From: an uncultured Ectothiorhodospiraceae bacterium
GTDB taxonomy: Bacteria; Pseudomonadota; Gammaproteobacteria; UBA9214
Direction: 5' to 3'
NCBI GenBank assembly: GCA_947258515.1
Contig: CAMYIO010000012.1
Coordinates: 2,020-66,019, forward strand
DNA: 64,000 nucleotides
Shown piece after piece: positions 41,710-52,262 of this stretch (position 1 is the first letter of the stretch; each line of letters starts with the position of its first letter). The notes beneath the pieces are model-generated. The model saw nothing but the letters and a program-made list of their open reading frames with translations, did not search any database and was not told the origin of the DNA. The translations under genes were made by a program, and so were the position numbers.

Positions 41710-41749
41710 ACGCCGTCTTTCGCAGCATGAAATTACTGGAGCAGCTCTT

Positions 41750-42010
41750 TTGGCCAACTCAGCACAAGCAATCAAACGCGCACGTCAGGCGGAAATCCAT
41801 CGCCAGCGTAACGCCAGTCAACGTTCAAACATGCGCACCACGATCAAGAAAGTGCTCGCATCCATTGAAGCCGGCGACCGCGACGCTGCCAGGCAGGCGT
41901 ATGACCAGGCCGTGCCGGTTATCGATCGCGCCGCAGGTAAGGGGCTGATTCATGCCAACAAGGCCGCACGCCACAAGAGCCGTCTTAACCAGCACATAAC
42001 CAAAATGTAA
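41750..42010 (+). CDS. rpsT: 30S ribosomal protein S20 (TTG start)
   Basis: [26 protein letters not shown]; GGAG RBS upstream. Confidence 0.96.
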   Translation: MANSAQAIKRARQAEIHRQRNASQRSNMRTTIKKVLASIEAGDRDAARQAYDQAVPVIDRAAGKGLIHANKAARHKSRLNQHITKM

Positions 42011-42032
42011 GTAACGGACAATATATTCAACA

Positions 42033-42058
42033 GGAGCCGGTCAGTGACCGGCTTTTTT
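42033..42058 (+). terminator. Intrinsic terminator after rpsT
   Basis: AGCCGGTCA-g-TGACCGGCT followed by a T-tract. Confidence 0.8.
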
Positions 42059-42069
42059 GTGTCCGCCAT

Positions 42070-43197
42070 TCAGCGGCACAGCACCAGGTTATCCCGATGG
42101 ATGAGTTCCATCTCGTCGATGTAGCCCAGCAGTTCCTCGATGCGACTACTGGGTTGTCCAATAATCTGTTTTGACTCGGCGGCATTGTAGTTCACCAGGC
42201 CACGCGCCACCTCCTCTCCTGCCGGATCAAGGCAGACGACAAGGTCACCGCGATCGAATTCACCCTCAACACGGGTGACACCGACCGGTAACAGGCTGCT
42301 GCCGGCACTGCGTAGCACGTTCACCGCACCGTCATCCAGCGTCAGGCGTCCGCGCACCCGTAACTGGCCGGCAAGCCATTGCTTGCGGGCCGCAACTGCA
42401 CCACTCGCCGGCATCAGCCGGGTACCCAGCTTTTCATCCGCCGCCAGCCGCTGCAGGATATTGTGTTCGTTACCGGAGGCAATCAGCGTCATCGTGCCGG
42501 AGCGGGCAGCCCGGGCGGCCGCGCGTACCTTGGTCAACATGCCTCCGCGCCCAAGCGCTCCGCCGCTGCCGAGGGCCATTTTTTCCAGTGCGATATCACC
42601 GGCCAGTGCCTCGGGAATCAGGCGTGCATCCGGATTTGAGCGTGGATCTGCATCCAGCAACCCTTGCTGGTCCGTCAGTAATACCAGCAGGTCCGCTTCG
42701 ACCAGATTTGCGACCAGTGCCGCCAGCGTATCGTTATCTCCGAGACGGATTTCCTCGGTCGCCACCGTATCGTTCTCGTTGACAATGGGGATCACACCCA
42801 GATCAAGCAGGGTGTTGAGGGTGCTCCGGGCGTTCAGATAACGCTGACGGTCAGCCAGGTCCTCATGTGTCAACAACACCTGCGCGGTATGCAGGCCGTA
42901 CTTCTGGAAACGTGACTCGTAGGCCTGCACCAGGCCCATTTGTCCGATGGCCGCTGCCGCCTGCAGTTTATGCAAGGCGTGCGGGCGTCGTGTCCAGCCA
43001 AGGCGGGTCAGACCCTCGGCAACAGCGCCCGAGGAAACCAGCAAGACTTCCCGGCCGCCCTGCCTCAAGGCGGCAATCTGCTCGACCCAGGCATCAATGG
43101 CCTCAACAGCCAGCCCCTGGCCGCCATTGGTCAGGAGTGCGCTGCCGATCTTGATTACCCAGCGCTGGCAATCGCTGATATTTACTGCATTCACCAT
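42070..43197 (-). CDS. proB: Glutamate 5-kinase
   Basis: [26 protein letters not shown]-terminal PUA domain. Confidence 0.97.
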   Translation of the reverse strand: MVNAVNISDCQRWVIKIGSALLTNGGQGLAVEAIDAWVEQIAALRQGGREVLLVSSGAVAEGLTRLGWTRRPHALHKLQAAAAIGQMGLVQAYESRFQKYGLHTAQVLLTHEDLADRQRYLNARSTLNTLLDLGVIPIVNENDTVATEEIRLGDNDTLAALVANLVEADLLVLLTDQQGLLDADPRSNPDARLIPEALAGDIALEKMALGSGGALGRGGMLTKVRAAARAARSGTMTLIASGNEHNILQRLAADEKLGTRLMPASGAVAARKQWLAGQLRVRGRLTLDDGAVNVLRSAGSSLLPVGVTRVEGEFDRGDLVVCLDPAGEEVARGLVNYNAAESKQIIGQPSSRIEELLGYIDEMELIHRDNLVLCR

Positions 43198-43206
43198 AAC
43201 GAAAGG

Positions 43207-44250
<1,044 letters not shown>

Positions 44251-44304
44251 TCACTACCGGCATGGCCCAGGCCAGCCTCTCGACCGGTTCCCGGTCTCAC
44301 CTTC

Positions 44305-44394
44305 TCCCTGCCTCTCGCGACATACCTACGATGTACAAGGACGTACGAGTGTCGCGAGAGGGCAGGGATGCCCGAAGCGACCATCCCTGTAAGT
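44305..44394. repeat. Intergenic palindromic element with alternative stems
   Basis: TCCCTGCCTCTCGCGACA pairs with TGTCGCGAGAGGGCAGGGA; CAGGGATG can alternatively pair with CATCCCTG. Confidence 0.6.
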
Positions 44395-44420
44395 AAAAAA
44401 CCCCGCTCTTGGCGGGGCTT
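44395..44420 (-). terminator. Intrinsic terminator after rpmA
   Basis: Minus strand CCCCGC-loop-GCGGGG followed by a T-tract. Confidence 0.75.
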
Positions 44421-44444
44421 GATAAATCCTGGTGAGCGCCGGGT

Positions 44445-44702
44445 CTAGCCCGTAACAATGTCAATAAACTTGCGCTTCTTGGCACCACGCTGCACAAACT
44501 GCACCACGCCGTCACTCTTGGCGAACAGGGTATGGTCACGGCCACAGCCGACATTTGTGCCCGGATGGAAATGTGTTCCCCGCTGGCGGACCAGTATATT
44601 GCCTGCCAGCACGGTCTCACCGCCGTAGCGCTTCACACCCAGTCGTTTCGATTCTGAATCGCGGCCATTACGGGTACTGCCGCCTGCTTTTTTATGTGCC
44701 AT
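44445..44702 (-). CDS. rpmA: 50S ribosomal protein L27
   Basis: [16 protein letters not shown]. Confidence 0.99.
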   Translation of the reverse strand: MAHKKAGGSTRNGRDSESKRLGVKRYGGETVLAGNILVRQRGTHFHPGTNVGCGRDHTLFAKSDGVVQFVQRGAKKRKFIDIVTG

Positions 44703-44726
44703 TGAATAATCCTCTGCAGCGTTTGA

Positions 44727-45038
44727 CTAACCGGTAATAGCGGTTATTTCAACTTCTGTGTAATTCTGACGGTGTCCCATGCGCTTCATGTGGTGTTTGC
44801 GACGACGGAACTTGATGATCTCGACCTTCTTGCCGCGGCCGTGCGCCTTGACAGTGGCAGTTACCTTACCGCCATCCAGCAGCGGGGCGCCAATCCTGAC
44901 GTCTTCGCCTTCACCTACCATCAGCACCTGGTCAAAGTCGACGGAATCACCTTCATTGGCATCCAGCGTTTCAATCCGCAGGGTTTCTCCCTCCGAGACG
45001 CGATACTGCTTACCGCCTGTCTTTATAACTGCATACAT
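44727..45038 (-). CDS. rplU: 50S ribosomal protein L21
   Basis: [16 protein letters not shown]. Confidence 0.99.
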   Translation of the reverse strand: MYAVIKTGGKQYRVSEGETLRIETLDANEGDSVDFDQVLMVGEGEDVRIGAPLLDGGKVTATVKAHGRGKKVEIIKFRRRKHHMKRMGHRQNYTEVEITAITG

Positions 45039-45217
45039 TTCAGGAACTCCAGACTACATCCGCTGCATTGTCGAAAAAGGCCGCTAATTCTAATGATTGC
45101 GCACGACAAGGTCAATCAAATCCCTTCTGGCACACAAGACATATCCCCGTTAAACTTGTCGTCATGTCAGTGAGCCGGGCGCAGCACTTTGAGGCGTCAT
45201 CGAACCTGTGTGCAAAA

Positions 45218-46254
45218 ATGCTAAAACTTGTTAATAATCAAAAAGATACAGTTGACCTCGGCGCTATCAGAAATCTGCTTGCCGAAGACATGGACGCCAT
45301 CGACGCACTCATTCAGGAGTGCCTGCACAGCGATGTCGCCCTCATCAACCAGCTGTCACACTATATTATTAACAGCGGCGGCAAGCGTTTACGCCCGATG
45401 CTGGTGCTGTTGTCCGCCAGGGCCTGTCAGTACCGGGGTAATCAGCACATCAACCTCGCCGCCGTCATCGAGTTCATTCACACCGCCACCCTGCTCCACG
45501 ATGATGTCGTCGATGCCTCCCAGTTACGACGCGGCAACATGACTGCCAATGCCGTGTGGGGCAATGAGGCGAGCGTACTGGTCGGTGATTTCCTCTACTC
45601 ACGCGCCTTTGAAATGATGGTCAACGCCAACAACATGCGCATTATGGAGATCATGTCGCATACCACCAACACCATCGCCGAGGGCGAAGTACTGCAATTG
45701 CTGAACTGTCACGATGCCGAGACCACGGAAATTCGCTACATGGACGTGGTCAGCCGCAAGACCGCCCGGCTGTTTGAAGCGGCCGCCCAGATAGGCGCCT
45801 TGCTGGCCCAGCAGCCCGAGCACATCGAAACCGCACTGGCCAACTACGGCCTGCATCTTGGCATTGCCTTCCAGTTGATTGACGATGTGCTCGATTACAG
45901 TGCCTCTCCGCAAGATACCGGCAAGAATGTCGGAGATGATCTGGCCTAAGGGAAACCCACCCTGCCCCTGATACATGCCATCCACAAAGGCACGCCGAAC
46001 CAGGCCCGACTGCCATCCACAAAGGCACGCCGAACCAGGCCCGACTCATTCGCAAGGCGATAGAGAATGGCGGCCATGACAACATGCAGGACGTGTGCGC
46101 CATTATTGAATCGACCGGGGCCATCCCGTACACTGCGCAGGCCGCGCAACGGCAAGCTGATCTGGCCATAGAGGCGCTGAATCCGCTACCGGATTCCGCC
46201 AGCAAGGAAGCGCTGTACGGCCTCGCAGAATTTTCTGTCAGCCGTAGTTACTAA
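45218..46254 (+). pseudogene. ispB: Octaprenyl diphosphate synthase, interrupted by a premature TAA and a 35-bp tandem duplication
   Basis: GGKRLRP, LLHDDVVD, FQLIDD; DDLA*GKPTLPLIH with TAA at 45947; 45976-46010 repeated at 46011-46045; removing one copy restores the C-terminus to the TAA ending at 46254. Confidence 0.9.
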
Positions 46255-46255
46255 A

Positions 46256-46332
<77 letters not shown>

Positions 46333-46441
46333 TTTAATAACAGCCAGATTCCAGACAGGGTTGCTGGGTTGCACCCGGGTCATTTCTCAACCTGTATCAC
46401 TGTTCGGCGCATAATAATCGCCCCGATACTATGGACGCATA

Positions 46442-48211
46442 ATGGCTAATCTTCCTCCAGGTGGTGATCGCAGGAGCCCGCAGGTTTTTGATCGCCGCCG
46501 CACCACCATGGTGTCCGGGCACCTCGAATTACTCTCCAAAATGAGCGGCCACCTGGCCGTCACGCTTAATCTCGATGAAACCATCCAGAAGGCGCTCGAC
46601 CTGATCGTCAAGTTCGTCCAGGCCGAGGGTGGCGCCCTGTTCCTGCTCGAGGAGAAATACGGCACCCTGCTCTGCAAGGCGAGTGCCGGCCCGGTAGATA
46701 TACGCGGCATCCGGGTAAAAATCGGCGAGGGCATCGTCGGCCATTGTGTCACGGAAAATACCAGCCGCATCGTCAGGGATGTACAGCAGGACGCCGACTT
46801 CGATCACACCATTGATGAATCCACCGGTTTTCAGACACGTTCGATAGTGTGCACCCCGATGATCGTCAACGGGCAGAAAATCGGTGCCATTGAACTGGTC
46901 AACAAGCACACGGACGACGGGCTGTTTTCCGATACCGACCTGTTAATGCTGCAGACACTGGCCTCTGCCGCCGCACTGGCAATTAACAACGCCCACATGG
47001 CGGAAGAACTGGTCGAACAGGAGCGCGTCAGCCGCGAGCTGGAACTTGCCACGGAAATGCAGCGCAGCCTGTTGCCGGTCACACCGACGGACAGGTTTCC
47101 CGTCGCGGGGATCAACCTGCCTGCCAACGAGATGTCGGGTGACTTTTACGATTTTTTTGTACTTGAAGACGGCCGCATATACTTCAGCCTGGGCGACGTC
47201 TCCGGGAAGGGTATGGATGCCGCCCTGCTGATGTCAAAAACCGCCAGCCTGTTTCGCTGCCTCGGCAAGACCATACTCGAACCGAATGTGCTGCTGGCCA
47301 CCATCAACAGGGAACTCTGCGAGACGGCCATTCATGGTATGTTCGTCACCATGGCCTGTGGTCTGCTGGATCCGAAAACAGGCATTGTGGAGCTGGCGAA
47401 TGCCGGCCATGAACCGCCCCTGATACATGCCCGGGACGGCACGTTTACAGCGCTGCCAGCAAGCGCACCACCACTCGGCATCATGTCACTGCAGGCCGGA
47501 GACAACGGCATCAGGGAGGAGACATTCAATCTGGATGGCGGCACGCTGTACATTTTTACTGACGGCGTCACCGAGGGCTGCCTCGAGGATGGCAGCCGTC
47601 TGGAACAGACGGGCTTCCAGGATATCATGCGGGAACGCTGTGACCTGCCGATAGCGGCACGCATCAAGGCAGTGGTGTCGATTCTCAGCGACACCGGACG
47701 CAAGCGTCATGATGACATTACCTTGCTGGCGATTGAAGACACCCGGCCTGAACTGCGTCACCATGCCTCCGGGGATTGGCCGCGAATGGTTGCCCGCTTC
47801 ACTTTCCCTGCCCGTGCGGATGCACTGCAGTCGGTTCGCGAGGTTGTCAATGATGCCTGCGAGACCTGCGGCTGTGTCACGGAGGATGCCACGGATATAA
47901 TTATCGCCGTCGGGGAAGCCTGCCAGAACATCGTCAGACATGCCTACAAGGGACTCGATGAAGGCGATGCCACATTGGAAATCTACTGCGAAGACGGCAT
48001 ACTTGAGTTTCGCCTGCAGGATTCAGCTCGCCCGATAGACCGGGAGAAAATGCAACCAAAGTGGCCGAAAGAACTGGGGCCCGGCGGTCTCGGTATATGC
48101 CTTATCCATGACATAATGGACAAAGTGGAATACCTGCCGCCCCCCGAAGGCCAGGGGAACCTGTTACGCATGGTAAAATTCATCAAGAGAAAAAACAGCA
48201 ATGAAACATGA
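46442..48211 (+). CDS. GAF - SpoIIE/PP2C phosphatase - RsbW-type HATPase kinase fusion
   Basis: GAF (GEGIVG, TGFQTRSI, IELVNK); PP2C (SGDFYD, GDVSGKG, NAGH, TDGVTE, DDITL); kinase (EACQNIVRHAY, GGLGICLI). Confidence 0.9.
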   Translation: MANLPPGGDRRSPQVFDRRRTTMVSGHLELLSKMSGHLAVTLNLDETIQKALDLIVKFVQAEGGALFLLEEKYGTLLCKASAGPVDIRGIRVKIGEGIVGHCVTENTSRIVRDVQQDADFDHTIDESTGFQTRSIVCTPMIVNGQKIGAIELVNKHTDDGLFSDTDLLMLQTLASAAALAINNAHMAEELVEQERVSRELELATEMQRSLLPVTPTDRFPVAGINLPANEMSGDFYDFFVLEDGRIYFSLGDVSGKGMDAALLMSKTASLFRCLGKTILEPNVLLATINRELCETAIHGMFVTMACGLLDPKTGIVELANAGHEPPLIHARDGTFTALPASAPPLGIMSLQAGDNGIREETFNLDGGTLYIFTDGVTEGCLEDGSRLEQTGFQDIMRERCDLPIAARIKAVVSILSDTGRKRHDDITLLAIEDTRPELRHHASGDWPRMVARFTFPARADALQSVREVVNDACETCGCVTEDATDIIIAVGEACQNIVRHAYKGLDEGDATLEIYCEDGILEFRLQDSARPIDREKMQPKWPKELGPGGLGICLIHDIMDKVEYLPPPEGQGNLLRMVKFIKRKNSNET

Positions 48212-48533
48212 AATCGTGGAAAAACAGGGCGCATCCATCGTGGTTTTCAAAGGCGAGATTGACCTCGACAGTTCACCGGCGGCAAGAAAAACCCTGCTTA
48301 GATGTTCCGATAATACCGGTAACGTGATTGTCGACCTGTCGGGCGTAACCTATATCGACAGTTCCGGCGTTGCTTCACTGGTGGAAGCATTGCAGGCAGC
48401 AAAGAAAAACGGCAGCCTGCTCTCGCTGGCCGCGGTCAGCGAACCCACACGCCGCGTACTTGAACTGGCACGTCTCGACAAGGTATTTACGATATACGGC
48501 AGCGTCGATGAGGCGCTGGCAGGCAAGGGCTAG
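48201..48533 (+). CDS. STAS-domain anti-anti-sigma-type protein (RsbV/SpoIIAA-like)
   Basis: GEIDL, DLSGVTYIDSSGVASL with the conserved phosphoacceptor Ser; overlaps the upstream gene. Confidence 0.92.
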   Translation: MKHEIVEKQGASIVVFKGEIDLDSSPAARKTLLRCSDNTGNVIVDLSGVTYIDSSGVASLVEALQAAKKNGSLLSLAAVSEPTRRVLELARLDKVFTIYGSVDEALAGKG

Positions 48534-48579
48534 ACACCCGGACTCCGCAAACGGCACGAATAACGGATACCACTGGAAT

Positions 48580-49371
48580 ATGCTGAAGCTGGTTGAAAAG
48601 CTCGGGAGCAATTTTCTGTACCTGCTGGAAACAGTCGGCAGGATGGGCATGTTCTTCGGATCAGCCACCGCCAACATCTTCAAACCGCCCTTCTCTCTTT
48701 ATGCCATTGTTCGACAGATCTACTTCTTCGGGGCACGCTCCGTCATCGTTATATTAATTGTCGGCCTGTTCACGGGCATGGTTCTGGGCCTGCAGGGCTA
48801 CCATAACCTGAAGCAATTCGGATCCGAGGAATTGCTCGGTTCCGCCGTTGCCCTCAGCCTGATACAGGAACTGGGTCCGGTACTGACCGCGCTGATGGTC
48901 ATCGGCCGGGCCGGTTCGGCGATCTGTGCCGAAATCGGCATCATGCGCAATTCTGAACAGATTGATGCCCTTGAATGCATGGCCATCAACCCGGTCAAGT
49001 TTCTTGTTGCCCCCAAGTTTGTTGCCGCGCTCATCTCCATGCCGGTGCTGACATTCATCTTTAATATCGTCGGTATATTCGGTGGCTACCTGGCCGGCGT
49101 TGTGTTACTCGATGTTGCCGAAGGCGCGTACTTCCAGGGCATGTATAACAGCGTTGAATGGGTCGATATCCGCCTGTGTCTTATCAAGTCGATGATCTTT
49201 GGCCTGCTGGTCGTGTGGATCACCACCTTCAAGGGGTATTTCCTGCACCTCAATCGAGACGGGGTGTTCGGCGCAGAGGGTGTCAGCCGTATCACCACGG
49301 ATGCCGTGGTCCTGGCCTCGGTTTCGATTCTGGTCTGGGACTACCTGATCGGCTCAATCATACTTTCATAA
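48580..49371 (+). CDS. mlaE: MlaE-family ABC permease
   Basis: GLFTGMVLGLQ, ELGPVLTAL..GRAGSAI.AEIG.M, EQIDAL, GAEGV..TT.AVV. Confidence 0.93.
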   Translation: MLKLVEKLGSNFLYLLETVGRMGMFFGSATANIFKPPFSLYAIVRQIYFFGARSVIVILIVGLFTGMVLGLQGYHNLKQFGSEELLGSAVALSLIQELGPVLTALMVIGRAGSAICAEIGIMRNSEQIDALECMAINPVKFLVAPKFVAALISMPVLTFIFNIVGIFGGYLAGVVLLDVAEGAYFQGMYNSVEWVDIRLCLIKSMIFGLLVVWITTFKGYFLHLNRDGVFGAEGVSRITTDAVVLASVSILVWDYLIGSIILS

Positions 49372-49413
49372 CATGCACAGGACGTACATTGACTGGCACA
49401 ACCGGGGTTAGTA

Positions 49414-49860
49414 ATGAAGAAAATAAATCTTGAAATCATCGTGGGCTCCTTTTTGCTGGCAGGGTTCATCAGCTTTTCCTGGCTGGCCGTGAAAATGGGC
49501 GATATCAATCTGTTCCAGCCTGAAACCTACCCGGTAACGGCGCGCTTTACGTCAATCAGTGGCCTCAAGGAGGGCTCGACCATCGAGCTCGCCGGGGTCG
49601 TTGTCGGCAAGGTCAGCCGCATTGAACTGGATACCGGCGATTATGAAGCGGTTGTGCACATGAATATCAACAAACAGGTCGAGTTGCAGGATGACACCAT
49701 TGCATCCATTCGCACCTCAGGCATAATCGGCGACAAATACATCAAGCTGTCACCCGGAGGGTCGGAGATCATCCTCGCGGCTGGTGATGTCATTGAGGAA
49801 ACCGAACCATCCATCAGCCTTGAAGAGCTGGTCAGCAAATACATTTTTGATAGTGAATAG
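49414..49860 (+). CDS. mlaD: MlaD single-MCE-domain protein
   Basis: N-terminal TM helix, A.F.SISGLK.G, GV.VGKV, IRTSGIIGDKYI.L.PGG. Confidence 0.93.
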   Translation: MKKINLEIIVGSFLLAGFISFSWLAVKMGDINLFQPETYPVTARFTSISGLKEGSTIELAGVVVGKVSRIELDTGDYEAVVHMNINKQVELQDDTIASIRTSGIIGDKYIKLSPGGSEIILAAGDVIEETEPSISLEELVSKYIFDSE

Positions 49861-49878
49861 CCACCGGAAGCGCCAGTC

Positions 49879-50712
49879 ATGATGGAAAAACTCCTGCTCG
49901 CGTTGCTGATCTTTATCTTGCCACTGACGGCACTGGGCGTTGAATCACGCAGGGGCTTTATAGAAACTCATGAGGCACAACCTGAATCCGCTGAAGCGGT
50001 CACGCCGCCGATTCTGGAAGAGATGGAGTCTGACGGTACGGACGACGAAAGCGCGCCGTTCATGGACGATGATGACCTGTCATTCCTCGATGAAGATGAT
50101 GAGTTCATTGAAGTCTATGACCCTTTTGAAACATTCAACCGTGGCGTGTTCTGGTTTAATGACAAGGCCTATATTTATGTAATGAAGCCTGTCGCAAAGG
50201 GCTGGCGCTGGCTTGCCCCGGAACCATTGCGACTCGGCATCAGGAACTTTTTCTCAAACCTGCGGGCACCGATACGCTTCGTCAATGCCGCCTTGCAAGG
50301 CAAGTTTCATGATGCCGGCAATGAACTGACACGCTTTGGCGTCAATTCAACACTGGGTATCGGTGGCCTGTTCGACACAGCGAAAGGGAATTTCGGGATT
50401 GAGAGAAAGACAGAAGATACCGGACAGACCATGGCCCACTACGGTATTGGCCCCGGCCCCTACCTGGTGTTGCCGTTCCTGGGACCCTCAAATGTCAGGG
50501 ACGGTATTGGCCTGCTGGGCGACATTTACTTCAGTCTGGTGCCCGTGCTGTTTGAAAACCGTTACTACTGGATGGCCGTGTCCGGTGATATTATCAACTT
50601 CCTGTCGATCGACAAGGATACCTATGAAGGTATCGTGAAAGATTCACTCGATCCTTACCTGTTCCTGCGAAATGCCTATGGCCAGTATCGCAGAAATCTG
50701 ATACTTCACTAG
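49879..50712 (+). CDS. mlaA: MlaA/VacJ-family protein with acidic N-terminal linker and no lipobox Cys
   Basis: DPFETFNR, NFFSNL, RF.VNSTLGIGGLFD, ED.GQT, YLVLPFLGPS.VRD, DPY. Confidence 0.9.
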   Translation: MMEKLLLALLIFILPLTALGVESRRGFIETHEAQPESAEAVTPPILEEMESDGTDDESAPFMDDDDLSFLDEDDEFIEVYDPFETFNRGVFWFNDKAYIYVMKPVAKGWRWLAPEPLRLGIRNFFSNLRAPIRFVNAALQGKFHDAGNELTRFGVNSTLGIGGLFDTAKGNFGIERKTEDTGQTMAHYGIGPGPYLVLPFLGPSNVRDGIGLLGDIYFSLVPVLFENRYYWMAVSGDIINFLSIDKDTYEGIVKDSLDPYLFLRNAYGQYRRNLILH

Positions 50713-50748
50713 TCACACAAGTACACTTTGATTCAAGAGGTAGCTGCA

Positions 50749-51348
50749 ATGCTAAAAAAAATCTTTCTGACACTCATAACCGGATTTACACTGGCATTTA
50801 CCGCGATGTCACTTGCGGCTAGTTCGCCGACCGATGAGGTACGCATCTCTGTGGATGCTGTTCTTGCCATACTGGACAACGAGCAACTGAATTACGAAGA
50901 CAAGCGCACACAAATAAGCGTCATAGTCCAGGAACGCTTTGATTTTCGGGCCATGTCACAGCGCACGCTTGCCACCAACTGGAGTAAAACCACTGACGAG
51001 GAGAAAGAAAAGTTTGTCGGGCTGTTCTCGCAACTGATCGAAAACAGCTATGTGAGTAAGATCGAGTCGTACACCAACGAGAGAGTGGATTATCCCGGCG
51101 AGAAGGTCAGTGGCAGGAAGGCCGTCGTGGAAACCCTCATCATCACTTCCAGCGCCGACATACCTGTCGACTACAGGCTCTACCAGAAAGGTGACCAGTG
51201 GCTGGTATATGATGTCATCATCGAAGGTGTCAGCCTGATCAGCAACTACCGCAGCTCCTATCAGGAGATAATGAAAAAAGAAGGTTTTGATGGTCTGCTG
51301 GCAAAGATGCGGGCAAAGATCGACGAACTTGCGATTACACCATCATAA
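50749..51348 (+). CDS. mlaC: MlaC/Ttg2D periplasmic lipid-binding protein
   Basis: Signal peptide, FDF..MS, VDYRL, W.VYDV.IEGVSL..NYR. Confidence 0.93.
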   Translation: MLKKIFLTLITGFTLAFTAMSLAASSPTDEVRISVDAVLAILDNEQLNYEDKRTQISVIVQERFDFRAMSQRTLATNWSKTTDEEKEKFVGLFSQLIENSYVSKIESYTNERVDYPGEKVSGRKAVVETLIITSSADIPVDYRLYQKGDQWLVYDVIIEGVSLISNYRSSYQEIMKKEGFDGLLAKMRAKIDELAITPS

Positions 51349-51377
51349 GCTGCCGGCAGCATGGGTGAGCACCTTCA

Positions 51378-52196
51378 CTAGATCCGTTGCTGGCTCCGGT
51401 CAGCCGTCAGGCGCGCGAGGTATTCATCTGCATTGATGGCCTCATCCCTGGGACGGCGGTTGATCATGTCCTGTATTGCCTCGATACCACTGTGCTGGAC
51501 CTCGTCAACAGTGCCGGTCATCAACAAATGCCCGTGTCCGAGTACGGTAATACGGTCGGCGATCTTGAAGGCACTTTCCAGCTCGTGTGTAACCACAATA
51601 ATGGTTACCTTCATCGCCTGCTTGAGACGCAGGATCAACTCGTCGAGTTCGGCAGACACGACCGGATCAAGTCCGGCGGACGGTTCGTCAAAGAATAACA
51701 GGCTCGGATCCATGATAATGGCGCGCGCCAGGGCCGCCCGTTTTAACATGCCGCCCGAGAGTTCCGACGGCATCAGGTTTTCAAAACCCGCCAGGTTAAC
51801 CACCTCGAGTTTCATGCGAGACATGATACGCATGGTGTTTTCATCCAGCTTGGTGTGATGTCTGAGCGGCAATTCTATATTCGCCGCGACAGACATCGAG
51901 CCGAGCAGGGCACCCCCCTGAAAGGCAACGCCTATCTTGCGCCGGATAGCGTACAGCTCGCGACTGCTAATCCTGGTGATATCCTTGCCGAAAATGCAAA
52001 TACTGCCGGAGGTGGGCTTGATCAGACCCAGCAAGTTGCGCATCAGCGTGGTTTTACCGGAACCGCTGCCGCCCATGATCACCATGATCTCCCCTGCACG
52101 GATATCCAGATTGATGCCGCTGAGAACAGCGCGATCACCATAGTGCATGAACAGGTCTCTGACCTCGATCACATTCTCGGGAGTTTTGTCATTCAT
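51378..52196 (-). CDS. mlaF: MlaF/Mkl-type ABC ATPase
   Basis: GGSGSGKT, FQ.GAL, PSELSGGM.KR..LARA, DEP.AGLDP, VTH. Confidence 0.88.
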   Translation of the reverse strand: MNDKTPENVIEVRDLFMHYGDRAVLSGINLDIRAGEIMVIMGGSGSGKTTLMRNLLGLIKPTSGSICIFGKDITRISSRELYAIRRKIGVAFQGGALLGSMSVAANIELPLRHHTKLDENTMRIMSRMKLEVVNLAGFENLMPSELSGGMLKRAALARAIIMDPSLLFFDEPSAGLDPVVSAELDELILRLKQAMKVTIIVVTHELESAFKIADRITVLGHGHLLMTGTVDEVQHSGIEAIQDMINRRPRDEAINADEYLARLTADRSQQRI

Positions 52197-52262
52197 GGCG
52201 AATTACCCTGCGGTTACAACTTGTCAGTTGTACCGGATTGCATAGCCTTTCACAAGAAAAGC

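Noticed and set aside
45947-45949. Stop-codon recoding in ispB
   Set aside because: The codon is TAA at a conserved Glu position, TAA terminates many genes here, and a frameshifting duplication follows
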